6,445 nt of DNA. Source: a virus (Duplodnaviria; Heunggongvirae; Uroviricota; Caudoviricetes). The translations under genes and the position numbers were made by a program. The notes beneath the pieces were generated by a model, which did no database searches, was not told the origin of the DNA, and worked only from the letters and a program-made list of their open reading frames with translations. Below are positions 5,082-6,445 of this stretch, one piece after another (within the stretch, counting starts at the first letter, position 1; every line of letters starts with the position of its first letter). The DNA lies in the IMG/VR virus record IMGVR_UViG_2778261514_000007, positions 1-6,445 of that record. One strand, given 5' to 3'.

Positions 5082-6061
5082 GCCGTTACGCCCCCACACC
5101 GGAAGTTATGGCTATTGGTCAAATTAATATTTCCGGCAATGTTACACCTGCGACCTGGTGGAAATATATTCGACTACCCAGTGGGCGTCCGGATGCGACG
5201 GCTATCGCTCTGCTTTCAGAGATCGTTTACTGGTACCGCCCGACAGAGGTCAGGGATGAGCACACCGGAGCGTTGCTGGGATATCGCAAGCGTTTTCAGG
5301 GCGACAAACTGCAAAGAAGCTACCAGGCGTTTGCTGAGCAGTTTGGTTTCGGGAAAAGGGAAACCGCAGATGCGCTGAAGCGTCTGCGCGATGCAGGGTT
5401 TATTACTCTGGATTTACGCACGGTGGAAATGCTCGATGGGGTGAAATGCAGCAATATTTTGTTTGTCGGGATCAACCCACAGGCAATTGCGGCCATCACC
5501 ACACCTTCTTCTGTTTCGCCAGAAAGTAACAGCAATAATGCAATCAGCGATACAGCTATTACGTTAAAACGGAACACCCCCCGACGTCATAACGGAACAG
5601 GGGATACGCCGAATGTTGATACAAATACAGAGATTACTACAGAGATTACAACGGAGACTAAAAACACTATTGATGCATCCGCTGACGCGTCTGCGCCAGC
5701 GCGTTCTGCCCGACAGGAATATTCACCGGAATTTGAACAGGCCTGGCAGGAATATCCCAAACGTGCTGGTGGCAATTCAAAATCAGCAGCCTTCAAAGCC
5801 TGGAAAGCCCGTTTGAACGAGGGGGTAAACCCCGAAACCATGCTGGAAGGTGTGAAACGCTACGCGGGCTGGGTATCTGCGATGGGCAATAGCGGCACAC
5901 AATTTGTGAAACAGGCTGTCACGTTCTTTGGTCCGGATCGTCATTTCGAAGAATCCTGGGAAGTTCCTGCGGTATCTGCAGCCAGACGCGAGGACCCGTA
6001 CTTCAAAGCCAGTTACGACAACGTGGACTACAGCCAGATCCCGACAGGATTCAGGGGGTGA
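5078..6061 (+). CDS. Phage replication initiation protein (lambda O-like / replisome organiser), 327 aa
   Basis: Strong RBS ggaaggagg (5066-5074). N-terminal HTH-like domain (FGFGKRETADALKRLRDAGFITL), a central low-complexity Thr/Glu/Ile linker, and a C-terminal segment EFEQAWQEYPKRAGG...AAFKAWKARL of the kind seen at the C-terminus of phage replication proteins (recalled pattern). Position after the regulators fits. Confidence 0.7.
   Translation: MSRYAPTPEVMAIGQINISGNVTPATWWKYIRLPSGRPDATAIALLSEIVYWYRPTEVRDEHTGALLGYRKRFQGDKLQRSYQAFAEQFGFGKRETADALKRLRDAGFITLDLRTVEMLDGVKCSNILFVGINPQAIAAITTPSSVSPESNSNNAISDTAITLKRNTPRRHNGTGDTPNVDTNTEITTEITTETKNTIDASADASAPARSARQEYSPEFEQAWQEYPKRAGGNSKSAAFKAWKARLNEGVNPETMLEGVKRYAGWVSAMGNSGTQFVKQAVTFFGPDRHFEESWEVPAVSAARREDPYFKASYDNVDYSQIPTGFRG
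5627..5662. repeat. Short tandem repeat (12-bp unit acagagattacW x2 plus a degenerate third copy) inside the replication gene linker
   Basis: acagagattact (5627-5638) and acagagattaca (5639-5650), followed by acggagactaaa. Encodes TEITTEITTET. Followed by an A/T-rich stretch. Confidence 0.5.
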
Positions 6062-6063
6062 TC

Positions 6064-6445
6064 ATGAGTCTGATGAACGATGTACAGAAATTCATTGAAG
6101 CCCATCCGGGGTGTACTTCAGGTGACATTGCGGATGCTTTTGCTGGTTACTCACGACAGTGCGTTCTGCAGTCAGCAAGCAAGTTACGTCAGAGTGGCCG
6201 TGTGGCTCACTGTTGTGAAGGGAAAACACGCAGACATTTCCCACACCAGGCTGAGATATCGCAGGAGGAGAAACTGCAACCTGTTCTTGAAACCATACCT
6301 GTGCGCAATTTCTATGTCGGCACTAACGATCCCCGGGTGATTTTGTGCCTGACCCGCCAGGCGGAAGAACTGGAGTCCAGGGGCTTATACCGTCGTGCTG
6401 CAACCGTGTGGATGGCGGCATTCCGTGAAAGCCACTCCCAGCCAG
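6064..6445 (+). CDS. Hypothetical protein, 3'-truncated at window edge (at least 127 codons); N-terminal winged-helix-like segment, C-terminal PerC/ANR-like motif (tentative)
   Basis: ATG 6064 lies 2 nt after the replication gene stop, with GGGGG upstream; the frame is open to the end of the window. It is absent from the ORF track only because no stop is reached. The motif LESRGLYRRAATVWM resembles my recollection of PerC-family proteins. Confidence 0.55.
   Translation, partial: MSLMNDVQKFIEAHPGCTSGDIADAFAGYSRQCVLQSASKLRQSGRVAHCCEGKTRRHFPHQAEISQEEKLQPVLETIPVRNFYVGTNDPRVILCLTRQAEELESRGLYRRAATVWMAAFRESHSQP

Noticed and set aside
4876-5841. ORFs 4876-5127, 5115-5378, 5320-5577(-), 5587-5841(-), 5613-5816
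   Set aside because: All overlapped by the 99-aa gene or the replication initiator gene, which have RBSs and coupled starts; repetitive low-complexity translations.
6080-6340. ORF 6080-6340 from the track
   Set aside because: Out of frame with the better-supported open frame starting at ATG 6064, which has a GGGGG RBS and runs to the window edge.
1-6445. CRISPR array, tRNA/tmRNA, integrase/att site, insertion sequence
   Set aside because: No regularly spaced direct repeats, no tRNA-like cloverleaf signature seen, no recombinase or transposase ORF, no terminal inverted repeats in the window.

Overview
The window reads as the immunity and early-right region of a lambdoid (Rac/P22-type) enterobacterial prophage. 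Left to right: a leftward PL/OL-like promoter-operator module (92-120); an AT-rich spacer; a minus-strand intrinsic terminator (351-372); a minus-strand orphan ParA/MinD-family ATPase (409-1494) directly downstream of and co-oriented with a cI-like repressor (1729-2469 or 2490); a divergent PRM/PR operator region (2470-2539) with two exact 13-bp operator repeats; then a rightward, translationally coupled operon of Cro/YdaS-like HTH (2540-2779), CII/YdaT-like regulator (to 3416), an unusually long Rha-family protein (3413-4564), two small Cys-rich proteins (4561-4785, 4782-5081), an O-like replication initiator (5078-6061) and a 3'-truncated gene (6064 to window end). No rRNA, tRNA, CRISPR array or transposase is evident. 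The two best candidates for something undescribed are the ParA-like ATPase in the rexAB-equivalent slot (a plausible single-gene exclusion/defence or lysogenic-conversion function) and the Rha-family ORF with an aberrant ~200-codon N-terminal region. Everything here is from manual reading of the sequence and ORF track; no database search, folding or composition calculation was run, and family assignments rest on recalled motifs.
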